From an uncultured Poribacteria bacterium (GTDB lineage Bacteria; Poribacteria; WGA-4E; WGA-3G): DNA of 64,000 nt. Position numbers and translations under genes: made by a program. The notes under the pieces are model-generated. The model saw only the letters and a list, made by a program, of their open reading frames with translations, searched no databases and was not told the origin of the DNA. Every line of letters begins with the position of its first letter. Within the stretch, counting starts at the first letter, position 1. Location of the stretch: contig CATQHZ020000001.1 in NCBI GenBank assembly GCA_958296135.2, positions 1,024,001 to 1,088,000 on the forward strand, written 5' to 3'. Positions 1-9,912 of the stretch are shown here, piece by piece.

Positions 1-3000
1 GCCGCGGCTATCCACATCCGAGACGATTTGTCCATCGGTAACCTTCGGAAGGACATCGCACGGCTGTCAAGTCTGGATAGCCGAGTCACGGGCTACCCGC
101 AGGCGGCGAGCGGCAGTAAATACATCTTCGACCGGTTTGTAGAAATCGGTTTACAAAACGTAGAGAGCCGCGAATTCCCTGTGACTGTCCCGGTCGATGG
201 CCGTGATAGTGTTATTGAAGTGCTTTCCGCCGAAGGTGCCAAGTTACATACCTTTAAACTGACACCGTTTTGGCCCAACCTCGTGCGCACCTCACTACTG
301 GCGGATGGGATTAAGCATACCGTGCTTCCTGGCGAAACGCTTCAGGAAATCGCGGAGAGTTACCAGGTCGCGGCAGACGTTATCCGCGCGCATGAGAAGA
401 ACAAATTCCTTGCAACGCCTGTCGTTGAGGGCAGCACCGTCTTTATCCCGACGGGTGGGTTGTCCGGCCCGCTCCTTTACGGTGACGATGCCGAGCTCGC
501 CGATTTCAACGGTACGAACATCGGCGGATATTGGTATGGGTTGCAGGCTGGCGATACCCTCACCTCCCTAGCCCGCCGCAACCGCATCACCGAGGCGAGC
601 ATTACTGACGATGTCCTCAACGGCCACCTCCAGAAAGCCTCCGATGGCATTGATAACGATGAAGATGGAACCGTAGACGAATACGGCGAGATCCCGCTTC
701 TATCCGAGATTCGCGGATGGGCCTCCGATGGCATTGACAACGATGCCGATGGCGCTACCGATGAAATCCCCGGCGATGCAACCGACGGTATTGATAACAA
801 TAGAAACGGCGAAATCGACGAGTCCGGCGAATTCGTCGCCGCGAGTGAAGCGCATATCTTCATCCCGAAGGGGGCAATCGTTCTCCTTGAATTTAACTCC
901 AGCACCCGCTATATCAACGCCGCAATGCTCGGCGGCACGGCTGTCATTTTTATTGAGCCGGAGACGACGATTCGCGGCGAAGCCGAGAACAAATTCGGCA
1001 CCGTGCCAGCAAACATCCCCCGCTTTTGGATATCTAAGGCAGACGGCGCAACGTTAAGGGACATGTTAGAGACGCAGACCGGTGGTGACGTGAACGTCCG
1101 CGTCAGAGGGAAGATGAAGTGGGAGCGCTGCATCGGGCAGAACATCCGCGGCTTCTTAGAAGGCGGCGACCCGGGGCTCCGCGACGAACTCGTCGTGCTG
1201 ACAGCTTATTATGATTCGATGTCTGTCGTGCCGGCACTGGCACCCGGGGCAGACCCGACGTGCGGCATCGCCGTGTTGATGGAGCTCGCGCGGCTCTTCA
1301 GTCAACCCGCCTATCGTCCCGGCCGCTCTGTCCTCTTTGTCGCCGTGGATGCGCATTTCCAAGGGCTCGCTGGCATGCGTGCCTTTATGGAAGGCATCGG
1401 ACAGGACATCGTCGGCTCAGCCACAGATTCCCCCGGCACCCCAACGATGCACGGGCTCCGCCGTGGACTCTCTACCGATATTATTGAATTTGAGGAACTC
1501 GGCAGGCGATTGCTGCTCTCTATTGACAGAAGCGTGCTCGTCGATTTGCCGGGCGATTTCTTTTACGGCATCCACTCTATCAAGGATGACCTGGATTCCC
1601 TCGCGACGACGCTTGATGGACTCGCCGAAACCCGCGGCCAAATCGACTCCCTCAACACCAAACAGCGCGATTTCTCTGAACGCCAGAAAAAGCAGGCAGA
1701 CCGGAATAGAAAACGCGAGAAGCAAGGGTTCACCGGTGAGGAGAAAAGTCTGCTGTTGGCCAATCTCGCGCGTTCAAAGAAGGAGGCTTTGCAAACAACA
1801 CACTTCCTCCGGGACATTGTTGGCCGCTTGGCACAAGTCCGCACGGTCGCGTTAAATACCAGCCGTGAGGCGCAACAGGAGCTCATTGAGATGCTTGCAC
1901 TGCCTATTGCACGGCTGGATACCTGGGCGGTGGATAAACTCATCAGCAGCATCGAAAATGCCACGCAATCCCGATACGGCGTGCATCCGAATGACGCTTA
2001 CCTTATCCCCGAACAACGTGGGGACGAATGGTATGTGCCGCTGCCGGCAGACTTGCCACCGGAGTTGGCATCCGAAGTTGAGATGCTGAATGAGACGCTC
2101 GCGAACTGGGAGATGAGCGACAAGCGGAAATTCGCGTTAATGTGGACGCCGGAGAAAATTCTGGACCGGCACCTCGATCTGCACGCGCTCAGTCGCGCGA
2201 AGGCGGCGCGGAAAGTCCTCGGCAATGCATCCGAATCGCGCGAGACAGCGATTCAGCGTGAAAGGCAGTTCCTTGAGGAGGTGCTATCCCAAATCAAGGA
2301 CAGCCTCCCGGTTGAAAACCAGATCAAAGTGAGCATCCGAAAACTCAAAGATGTCGCCATGGCGCAAGCCGCTAGCGGTGTGATTTACAGCGGGAAGTAT
2401 CTGTCCGAGGCCGGGCTTGAACGCCTGAGTACTATCGACGTGCAACTCAGACAGCGGTTAACTGAATCCGACGATGCCAGCGATTCGGCTATCCTCATCG
2501 CCGATTTGCTCAAGGATAAACAGAGCATCTTTGAAATCGCGCTGCGGAACGCGCGCTTGGAACGAACCCGCATCCAAAACTTGCTGGCAACACACGCAAC
2601 TTTGGACCGGGTGTATCTTGACGAGGAGCGCCTCATTTTGAAAAACTACCTCTCCGCCGATGAGTTGGAGCAGGTGGTTCAAATGCGTTCTATCGTTGCC
2701 GCGCACATGACCGAGGCGGAACTTTTGGCTGTTGTCAAACGGCGCGCCGCGTCAGATATCATCGCGCTCAATAACCTGATGGAGCGGCTGCCGACTTTGG
2801 CCCGCGACCTGGATGCGGAGGCGAAGGTGCTGCTGCGGGATAATCTGTTGACGCTCCGCAACGCGCGATTCCGCAACATTCAGAGCCGCATTGAAAAGAT
2901 GTCGCGGATTGACGCGGACGAATATAACCGGAAACTCTCACAGATTGATTCAGCTATTGCGCTGCAAGACCTCTTCAACCGCTACTATACCTCCCTCTAC

Positions 3001-6000
3001 GTCAGCATCGATCTGTCGTCGCAGTCCAATCAGTTTGGGGTATTCAATAAAGGCTGGTTCTATGATCAGCAGCCGGAGTTTGTGCTGCGCCGCGAATTTG
3101 CCAGTATTGGCAATAAACTTGCCTCTTATGCGGAAGATGCCGATTTCGGCGTGCGTGTTCGCAAGCTGTGGCAGTGGACGGATGACCAGATCCGGCAGGC
3201 AGTCATGGCGCGTCAGTGGGGTGTTGCAAGCGGTATCTCCGATAAATCCGCGCTGGAGGGCAAGACGCTGGAAACCTTGCTCAGTTCCCACTACGGCAAA
3301 TTGACAGGGCTCAGCGGCGTAAGCCGCCTGATGAAAATGCAGTTTGAGCAGTGGCGGAATCGGGGTGAACCCTCCGAGGATATGCTGAAGGATATGGAGT
3401 ACGTCCGGAAGGAAGTCGAACGGTTTATCCGAAACGATGTCCGCTCGGCGAAGAAGGACCGGAAGAACAACATTCGCACTCGTGAGCAGCTGGATGCGAT
3501 GCTGCGGCTCCGTCACGAAGACCCGGATACTTTCAGCGAGGAGGAGATTGAGGATATTAAGACGCTCATCGGTATCACGGGGCTCGGCGGCGAGTCGAAC
3601 TTCGTCAACGCCATTTCCGCGAGCGGTGGGAAGACGTGGAAAACCTACATTCCCGGCAAAATCGCGTTTGACAGTGAAGTTGCCACTCTTGTTGGCAAAA
3701 CTGGGATTGCGTTTGCTACTATTGAGGATGCGCGTGTCTTAACTGATACGCCGCTTGACACCATCGACAGGGTTGATTTACGCGAGGATGGCAATCTGCA
3801 TCAGCAGGCAAAGACGCTTGCTTCCTTGCTTATCCAGGCCTTGCGCGATGAGGAGATGCCCACGGCGGCGCGCGTCGGCAATTTTTATTGCAACCTCTTC
3901 GGCGATGTGGTTGAGTTTGACGCACGTGAGTCGGCACTGCCGAATAAACCGGTTCCCTACCCGATTTTGACGTTGCGCCGCAAGAACAAGACGATGATGG
4001 GTGTGCGCGGCGATCTGTTCGTCATGGGTGATAACAAGGGCAACTTTGAGATGGCGGGGCTCGCCATGGAAGGCAGGGCCACGCGTAGACTCGGCGGCGT
4101 GCAGGAAGTGGAGGCATACATCCTCGATCCGGATTCTGGCGACATCGTCTACGCGCCCGATTTGGGGAATTATGGCGCGAAGTTGCTCCCTAATAAGATA
4201 CCTATCAATACGCGCAGACGCGGCTGTCGCGTTGTCACCTTCCCGTGTGTGTCGACGACTATCTATGATCTGGTAGATCAGCGGTATCTGCGCACGCTGC
4301 GGGAATTGGAAGTCTACGATGCGCTCACTGACAGCCCACCCGAAAAATTCGGGATGTCTAAACCGTGGCAACAGGAAGGCGTTTCTGCAGCTGAACCCAT
4401 CGCGCTTGTTTACAGCGAACCGGAAACCCGCATCAAGGTGGGAATGGCATACGGACAGATTGGCAAACGGTTGCTTCTCATCAAAGCCACAAAGAGCGGC
4501 ATGAAAAACCCGACGCTTTACACCGGGGAGGGGTTCGTCGTGCGAGAGAACGGGCAAATCCGTCTTACGCCTTACGTTGTTGTGCGTGATATGTGGTGGC
4601 TTGATGAGAACCGTTCCCGTCTCTATAAGCGATTCGGTATCTCCAGTGACAGACTGGATAAACTGCACCAGTTTGCCAACGAATACCTTGCGAGGGCGGA
4701 GACTGAGTTGCTTCAAAACGATTATCAGCAGGCCCTCAAACTTGCGCGCGCCGCTTGGGGCTATGAATCGCGTGCCTACCCTGATGTCAAGCAGACAGGG
4801 AACGATGTCGTCAACGGCGTAATGTTTTATCTTGCCTTGCTGATGCCGTTCGCCTATTTTATGGAACGGCTCATCTTCGGTTTTCCGAGTATTCATAAGC
4901 AGATTCTGGGTGCGTTCGGCATCTTCCTGCTCGTCTTCTTCTTCCTGAGTCAGGTGCATCCCGCCTTCCAAATCACGACGACACCCGTGATTATCTTAAT
5001 TGCGTTTGTCGTGCTTGCGCTCACGGTAATTGTCATCAGCATTATCGTGCGGAAGTTTGAGGAGCAACTGGAGAAGATTCGGCAGGAGGGCAGCAATGTC
5101 TACAAGGCTGATGTCGGCCGGTTGAGTGCTAGCGCGGCGGCGTTTAGCCTCGGCATTTCCAACATGCGGAAACGGAAGGGACGCACTATCCTCACCTGCT
5201 GCACGCTGGTGATCTTGACGTTCACCGTCATCTCGTTTACGTCGGTGCGGACGTTTATGCATCCGAACCGCACGAGTCTCCCGCAAGTCACGCCGCGTTA
5301 CACGGGCTTACTTATCCGGGACCAGTACTGGCGACCTCTTGAGGAGCCGGTGCTTACCTCGGTGCTAAACGACATGCAGAAGACGCAAATCACTGTGAAC
5401 GCGTTGCGGCGGCTGTTGGAACGCAAAAACGAAATCCTGGTCAAACAGGGGCGGCAGCCGATAGATATCGCCGCTTCACTTACCGCTTTGGAACGGGACG
5501 GTTTCATTGAGGGGAGCCGAGACTTCCTTTCCGATACAGAAGCGAACCAGCGGAGTTCCATGTCGATAGCAGCAGAGGAACCTGTCCTCACCGTGCATAA
5601 TGTTGTTGCACCGCGGGCGTGGTATCAGTCGTCTGGCACCGGGGATCAGTCGTTTGTGCAGTTGACGCGCACCCCTAATTCGGCGGATATGTCGCCGCCG
5701 ATGCATCCCCTCACCGGTGAGGCGTTAAAGTTTGCCGCCAACATGCTCGTCGGCATGAATGAAAATGAGCCTGCTGTCAGCGGTATTGACAGATACCTCC
5801 AATACGGGAAGTGGTTTGACCCGGGTGATTCCGCGTCCTGGCCGACAGAGTGGCCTTATGCGATTGTGCTGCCCAAAGGCATGGCGGAGCTGCTCAAAAT
5901 CACTGAGAGCGATATGGGCAAAGCCACCGTCTCAGTTTACGGCGCTGACTTCACCGTTGTCGGTGTGCTTGGCATCGGGTTCAAGGACCTCACCGATAAC

Positions 6001-7233
6001 GATGGCGAGGAGCTCACCCCGGTCGATTATCAGCTCATGCAACAGCAGCGGAGCCGCGGTGCAACTGGCGACGAGACGCTGGAAGGCGAGCTGCAGAAAT
6101 ATCTGCATCTCACACCGGACAGTGTCGCCGTTTTGCCCTATGAGGTAGTCATGAACCAAGGGGGCACTCTCCGAAGTGTCGCTGTGAATATGGAGCCGCA
6201 AGACGATGATCCGAAATTACTCGGTGCGATTGATAAGTTGGACCTGATTATGGCACCGCTGATGAACCGTATCGCTTTGGACTTTTTTGTCGGGCGCGAT
6301 AAGGACACCTATCTCTATAGCAGTATCGGGATGACCAGTTTCAGCGGGATGGGCAATTTGTTCGTGCCGATTCTCATCGCTGCGCTGATTGTGTTGAACA
6401 CGATGCTTGGTGCTGTTTACGAGCGCGTGCGCGAAATCGGGATTTACAGTTCTGTCGGGCTTGCGCCGGTGCACATCGCGTTCTTGTTCCTTGCGGAGGC
6501 GTGCGTCTACGCGATTGTCGGCGCGGTGCTCGGCTATCTAATGGGACAGGCGATTGCGACTACCTTAGTTAACTTCGGTTGGCTCGCGGGCTTGACGTTG
6601 AACTACTCGTCAATGTCGACTGTGGTAGCTACGATTATCGTGATGGTAGTCGTGTTGCTCAGCACGATGTATCCCGCGGTGAAAGCCTCACGAATGGCGG
6701 TGCCGGATATCGAGCGGAAATGGAAGCTGCCTGAGCCGGAAGGCGACGTGTGGCATTTCAACCTGCCGTTCACCGTGCTGGCTGAAGAGGCACTCGGCTT
6801 GAATGTCTTCATGCGGGACTATTTTGAGGCACACGCAGACGAATCGGCGAGTGATTTTTACACCGACCAGGTGGCATTTAGCGAAGGCGACGAGGCGTCC
6901 TACCAGATCGGCATGATGGTATGGCTAGCGCCTTATGACTTAGGCGTGAGCCAGTCCATCAAGTTCGTCACCTCCCCTGTGGGCGGTGAGGAGGAGGACC
7001 TCTACAAAATCACGTTGGAGGTTCATCGTGAAAGCGGCGAGATTGCGTCGTGGAAGCGTGTGAACCGGCGGTTCCTCAACTTGTTGCGGAAGCAGCTCCT
7101 GATTTGGCGGACGTTCAGCGTGGATATCCGTGCCGAGTTCCACGAACGCGGCAGGGTAGAAAGTGCTGTCCCGGCTGAAGAAGAAGCAGGCGCAGCACCG
7201 CGGTTAGAACCGGCGGTAACGTCGGCGGGTTAG
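1..7233 (+). CDS. Giant membrane protein, 5'-truncated: LysM x2, DGIDNDxDG Ca-binding repeats, degenerate M28/PA peptidase-like fold, two FtsX-like permease modules
   Basis: Frame is open from base 1. LysM motifs HTVLPGETLQEIA and YGLQAGDTLTSLA; three DGIDN(D/N) repeats; M28-like TAYYDS, GADPTCG and DAHFQGLAG; FtsX signatures NMRKRKGRTILT and ERVREIGIYSSVGL with multiple TM helices. Confidence 0.85.
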   Translation, partial: AAAIHIRDDLSIGNLRKDIARLSSLDSRVTGYPQAASGSKYIFDRFVEIGLQNVESREFPVTVPVDGRDSVIEVLSAEGAKLHTFKLTPFWPNLVRTSLLADGIKHTVLPGETLQEIAESYQVAADVIRAHEKNKFLATPVVEGSTVFIPTGGLSGPLLYGDDAELADFNGTNIGGYWYGLQAGDTLTSLARRNRITEASITDDVLNGHLQKASDGIDNDEDGTVDEYGEIPLLSEIRGWASDGIDNDADGATDEIPGDATDGIDNNRNGEIDESGEFVAASEAHIFIPKGAIVLLEFNSSTRYINAAMLGGTAVIFIEPETTIRGEAENKFGTVPANIPRFWISKADGATLRDMLETQTGGDVNVRVRGKMKWERCIGQNIRGFLEGGDPGLRDELVVLTAYYDSMSVVPALAPGADPTCGIAVLMELARLFSQPAYRPGRSVLFVAVDAHFQGLAGMRAFMEGIGQDIVGSATDSPGTPTMHGLRRGLSTDIIEFEELGRRLLLSIDRSVLVDLPGDFFYGIHSIKDDLDSLATTLDGLAETRGQIDSLNTKQRDFSERQKKQADRNRKREKQGFTGEEKSLLLANLARSKKEALQTTHFLRDIVGRLAQVRTVALNTSREAQQELIEMLALPIARLDTWAVDKLISSIENATQSRYGVHPNDAYLIPEQRGDEWYVPLPADLPPELASEVEMLNETLANWEMSDKRKFALMWTPEKILDRHLDLHALSRAKAARKVLGNASESRETAIQRERQFLEEVLSQIKDSLPVENQIKVSIRKLKDVAMAQAASGVIYSGKYLSEAGLERLSTIDVQLRQRLTESDDASDSAILIADLLKDKQSIFEIALRNARLERTRIQNLLATHATLDRVYLDEERLILKNYLSADELEQVVQMRSIVAAHMTEAELLAVVKRRAASDIIALNNLMERLPTLARDLDAEAKVLLRDNLLTLRNARFRNIQSRIEKMSRIDADEYNRKLSQIDSAIALQDLFNRYYTSLYVSIDLSSQSNQFGVFNKGWFYDQQPEFVLRREFASIGNKLASYAEDADFGVRVRKLWQWTDDQIRQAVMARQWGVASGISDKSALEGKTLETLLSSHYGKLTGLSGVSRLMKMQFEQWRNRGEPSEDMLKDMEYVRKEVERFIRNDVRSAKKDRKNNIRTREQLDAMLRLRHEDPDTFSEEEIEDIKTLIGITGLGGESNFVNAISASGGKTWKTYIPGKIAFDSEVATLVGKTGIAFATIEDARVLTDTPLDTIDRVDLREDGNLHQQAKTLASLLIQALRDEEMPTAARVGNFYCNLFGDVVEFDARESALPNKPVPYPILTLRRKNKTMMGVRGDLFVMGDNKGNFEMAGLAMEGRATRRLGGVQEVEAYILDPDSGDIVYAPDLGNYGAKLLPNKIPINTRRRGCRVVTFPCVSTTIYDLVDQRYLRTLRELEVYDALTDSPPEKFGMSKPWQQEGVSAAEPIALVYSEPETRIKVGMAYGQIGKRLLLIKATKSGMKNPTLYTGEGFVVRENGQIRLTPYVVVRDMWWLDENRSRLYKRFGISSDRLDKLHQFANEYLARAETELLQNDYQQALKLARAAWGYESRAYPDVKQTGNDVVNGVMFYLALLMPFAYFMERLIFGFPSIHKQILGAFGIFLLVFFFLSQVHPAFQITTTPVIILIAFVVLALTVIVISIIVRKFEEQLEKIRQEGSNVYKADVGRLSASAAAFSLGISNMRKRKGRTILTCCTLVILTFTVISFTSVRTFMHPNRTSLPQVTPRYTGLLIRDQYWRPLEEPVLTSVLNDMQKTQITVNALRRLLERKNEILVKQGRQPIDIAASLTALERDGFIEGSRDFLSDTEANQRSSMSIAAEEPVLTVHNVVAPRAWYQSSGTGDQSFVQLTRTPNSADMSPPMHPLTGEALKFAANMLVGMNENEPAVSGIDRYLQYGKWFDPGDSASWPTEWPYAIVLPKGMAELLKITESDMGKATVSVYGADFTVVGVLGIGFKDLTDNDGEELTPVDYQLMQQQRSRGATGDETLEGELQKYLHLTPDSVAVLPYEVVMNQGGTLRSVAVNMEPQDDDPKLLGAIDKLDLIMAPLMNRIALDFFVGRDKDTYLYSSIGMTSFSGMGNLFVPILIAALIVLNTMLGAVYERVREIGIYSSVGLAPVHIAFLFLAEACVYAIVGAVLGYLMGQAIATTLVNFGWLAGLTLNYSSMSTVVATIIVMVVVLLSTMYPAVKASRMAVPDIERKWKLPEPEGDVWHFNLPFTVLAEEALGLNVFMRDYFEAHADESASDFYTDQVAFSEGDEASYQIGMMVWLAPYDLGVSQSIKFVTSPVGGEEEDLYKITLEVHRESGEIASWKRVNRRFLNLLRKQLLIWRTFSVDIRAEFHERGRVESAVPAEEEAGAAPRLEPAVTSAG

Positions 7234-7292
7234 TCAGCGGCACGCCGCGTCAAAGTCGCCTGAAGATTAAGAAAAGAAACGGAATAATTTCT

Positions 7293-7392
7293 GTAGGGGG
7301 GTTCTCCTGGTTCCGATGCGGCGTTGTAGGAGGGTTCTCCTTGTCCCGATATGGTTTTCGTCGAGACGCGGGAGGGCTCTCCTACCGGGGGA
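7293..7392. repeat. REP-like cluster, GTAGGAGAG..TCCCG.GTCTCGAC family
   Basis: gtagggggg, gtaggagggttctcc and gtcgagacgcgggagggctctcctac copies; the same motif recurs at 47378-47655 and 51264-51395. Confidence 0.75.
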
Positions 7393-7418
7393 TTCGGTAG
7401 TTTACGCGAGGAAATAGC

Positions 7419-7646
7419 ATGGAAAAAATAGCGAGTCTTATCATTATTGGCGGCACAGTTTTATGGCTGTTCAGCATTTTCGCGCTCGAGGGCCGGTGGC
7501 AGTGGCAGATGCTCTCGGCACTCGTGCTGACAGTTGGCATTTTCTGTGCCCACTTTTGGGAAGAGTTTCAAGATGCCGGTGACGGTGGACAAGATGCCGG
7601 TGACGGTGGACAAGATGCCGGAGATGGGGGTACGCCGGGGGAGTAG
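7419..7646 (+). CDS. Small 2-TM membrane protein with acidic QDAGDGG repeat tail
   Basis: GAGG RBS before ATG; two hydrophobic stretches; lies within the operon. Confidence 0.7.
   Translation: MEKIASLIIIGGTVLWLFSIFALEGRWQWQMLSALVLTVGIFCAHFWEEFQDAGDGGQDAGDGGQDAGDGGTPGE
7569..7624 (+). repeat. 21-bp tandem repeat (caagatgccggtgacggtgga, ~2.7 copies)
   Basis: Directly visible; encodes QDAGDGG. Confidence 0.9.
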
Positions 7647-7724
7647 GTGCGATTCCTCGGTTCGCAAAGCGGTAGATAATTGGGTCCAACGCCTTGCGGC
7701 ATAAAACATAGGAGAAACATCAAT

Positions 7725-9713
7725 TTGGCGAGAGAAAGAGTATCACAAGCAGATGAGTGGCAAGCTTGGGCGAAACGGTACGACATCGAAGGCGGTATCC
7801 GCACTTTTGAGTCCGGTCTCACCGTCAAAGTATTCATCGGTGCGCTCTTTATAGGGTTGCTGATGATGCCCGGCTCCATCTATCTCAGTTATGTATCCGG
7901 CCAATCTGGTGCGGAAGCGGCCCCGTGGGTAGCAGTGATTCTGTTCACTGAACTCGCGCGGCGTTCGTTTACGACAGCCCGGCGCCAGGAGCTCTATATG
8001 CTCCTCGGACTCACCGGTGCGGCTGTCGGGAGTGGGATGCAATACCGCAATTTTATCTGGTATGCCTACTTCGTGAACACGCCGCAGGCGGCTTCTTATG
8101 AAATCGCCGATAAAATTCCGGATTGGATTGTGCCTGCCGGCGATTCTGTCGGCGTGCTGACGCGGAGCCTCTTACATCCCGACTGGTTTCTGCCGATTGC
8201 AGTGTACCTCGCCGGTAAGCTGCTTGGCACGCTGCGGTTTGTGAGTGGGCAGTATATCTTGTTCCGGCTCACTGCAGACTTGGAGCGGCTTCCGTATCCG
8301 ATGGCCCCGATTAGCGCGCAGGGCGCGACGGCACTTGCAGAGACTACGGGTAAGGAGGAGACCTGGCGGTGGCGCGTCTTTTCCATCGGCTCTATGGCGG
8401 GGCTTATCTGGGGGTTCCTCTATATCGGTGTCCCCGCGCTCTCCGGTGTGATGATGAGCCAACCCATCGAGATTCTGAAGATTCCGTGGATAGATTTCAC
8501 GCAGAGTATTGAAGGGTTCGCGCCGACAGGCGTGTTCGCGCTCCGCACGGACTTCGGCCAGATGCTGATCGGGTTCGTCATGCCGTTTCCGATTATGATG
8601 GCGGAGTTTGTCGCGGCGATGGCATCGCAATTTATCATAAAACCGCAAATCCTTTACCCGGCTGAAATCTTACATCAATGGCAGGAGGGCCTTGATGTGC
8701 GGGCAGCCAATCTGTTCAACAGCCTTGACTTCGAGATGAGTTTCGGGATGGGCAAATCGTTCAGTTTTGCGGTAGTCGGCATGGCAGCCTCTATTCCGAT
8801 GCTGTTTAAGATGCGGCAGCGGCAGAAACGCGCCGGGGAACGCGGTTCATTCGCGACACCGCCGAATCGCGGCGATTTCCCGATATGGTTGATGGGCGCG
8901 ATGTGGCTCATCGGCATGGCCGGGTTTGTCTGGCTCATCCACTGGATGGTGCCGAACTTCCCACTCAGTTTCTTGCTCGGGTATGCGTTTTTGTATACGC
9001 CGATCAACTCGTATATCACGGCACGGACGTTCGGGGTGCTGGGCCGCGACCTTTTTGAAATCCCGTATCTGCACGAGATTACCTTTATTTTGAGCCGGTA
9101 TGAAGAGGTGGATATCTGGTTTGCGCCGCTCCCAGACGAAGACTACGGCAGGGGCACGCAGGGATGGCGGGTGCTGGAACTGACTGGCACGACGTTCACG
9201 TCAAACCTCGCCGGCACGTTGCTGATTATGCCGATTCTGCTGGTCAGCGGGATTGTCGTGCTGCACTTTATCTGGCAAATCGCGCCGATTCCGAGCGCGC
9301 AATACCCGTTCGTCCAGATGATGTGGCCCATCAACGCCACGAACGAGTGTCTGTGGAAGACATCGCTCAGGGATGGGAATAGCGAGATGCTTCAGGCCAT
9401 CCGCGGCGATTATGTCTCCGCCGGCTTTACCTCGATGCTTGCACTTTACGGGTTGCTCTGGGTGTTCAAACTCCCATCGATGTGGTTTTACGGCATCGCC
9501 GGCGGCATCTTTGGTGACCCGGGTAGCATGGTGGCACGCTTACTCGGCGCAGTCATCGGCCGGTTCTACATGATCAAACGGTTCGGCATGCGCCGGTGGT
9601 ATATGTTCAATCCGGTGCTGGCGGCAGGGTTCGCCTGCGGTGTCGGTTTAATCGGCATGGGCACGGTGGCGATTGCGCTTGTCTCCAAAGCCGTGATTGT
9701 GAAACCGTTTTAA
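7725..9713 (+). CDS. OPT-like (oligopeptide-transporter-related) multi-pass membrane protein
   Basis: Many TM helices; ERLPYPMAPI motif; GGAGA RBS at 7711 before TTG 7725 (track start 7680). Confidence 0.75.
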   Translation: MARERVSQADEWQAWAKRYDIEGGIRTFESGLTVKVFIGALFIGLLMMPGSIYLSYVSGQSGAEAAPWVAVILFTELARRSFTTARRQELYMLLGLTGAAVGSGMQYRNFIWYAYFVNTPQAASYEIADKIPDWIVPAGDSVGVLTRSLLHPDWFLPIAVYLAGKLLGTLRFVSGQYILFRLTADLERLPYPMAPISAQGATALAETTGKEETWRWRVFSIGSMAGLIWGFLYIGVPALSGVMMSQPIEILKIPWIDFTQSIEGFAPTGVFALRTDFGQMLIGFVMPFPIMMAEFVAAMASQFIIKPQILYPAEILHQWQEGLDVRAANLFNSLDFEMSFGMGKSFSFAVVGMAASIPMLFKMRQRQKRAGERGSFATPPNRGDFPIWLMGAMWLIGMAGFVWLIHWMVPNFPLSFLLGYAFLYTPINSYITARTFGVLGRDLFEIPYLHEITFILSRYEEVDIWFAPLPDEDYGRGTQGWRVLELTGTTFTSNLAGTLLIMPILLVSGIVVLHFIWQIAPIPSAQYPFVQMMWPINATNECLWKTSLRDGNSEMLQAIRGDYVSAGFTSMLALYGLLWVFKLPSMWFYGIAGGIFGDPGSMVARLLGAVIGRFYMIKRFGMRRWYMFNPVLAAGFACGVGLIGMGTVAIALVSKAVIVKPF

Positions 9714-9741
9714 TAGGGCGGATATTGAAATCCGCCCTTAC
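9714..9741. repeat. REP-like palindrome, GTAAGGGCGGA family
   Basis: agggcggatattgaaatccgcccttaca; related copies near 28043, 42860, 43421 and 59996. Confidence 0.75.
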
Positions 9742-9770
9742 AGGCCGTCGGGGCATCAGACTTGCCCCGG

Positions 9771-9884
9771 CTCTTAACCCGTAGCGCGAGGGAAAACCTG
9801 TCCCTCGCGTCTCTTGGAAATCACGCCCTCTTAACCCGTAGCGCGAGGGAAAACCTGTCCCTCGCGTCTCTCGGAAATCACGCC
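9771..9884. repeat. 57-bp tandem duplication containing a GTAGCGCGAGGG..CCCTCGC palindrome
   Basis: ctcttaacccgtagcgcgagggaaaacctgtccctcgcgtctc(t/c)ggaaatcacgcc present twice. Confidence 0.9.
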
Positions 9885-9912
9885 CCGGAATGGGTTGCAG
9901 GAATAACGCAAC

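Noticed and set aside
3778-4971. Long antisense ORFs (also 17950..18834, 30904..31773, 35018..35965, 46194..47033)
   Set aside because: Shadows of well-supported genes on the opposite strand in GC-rich DNA
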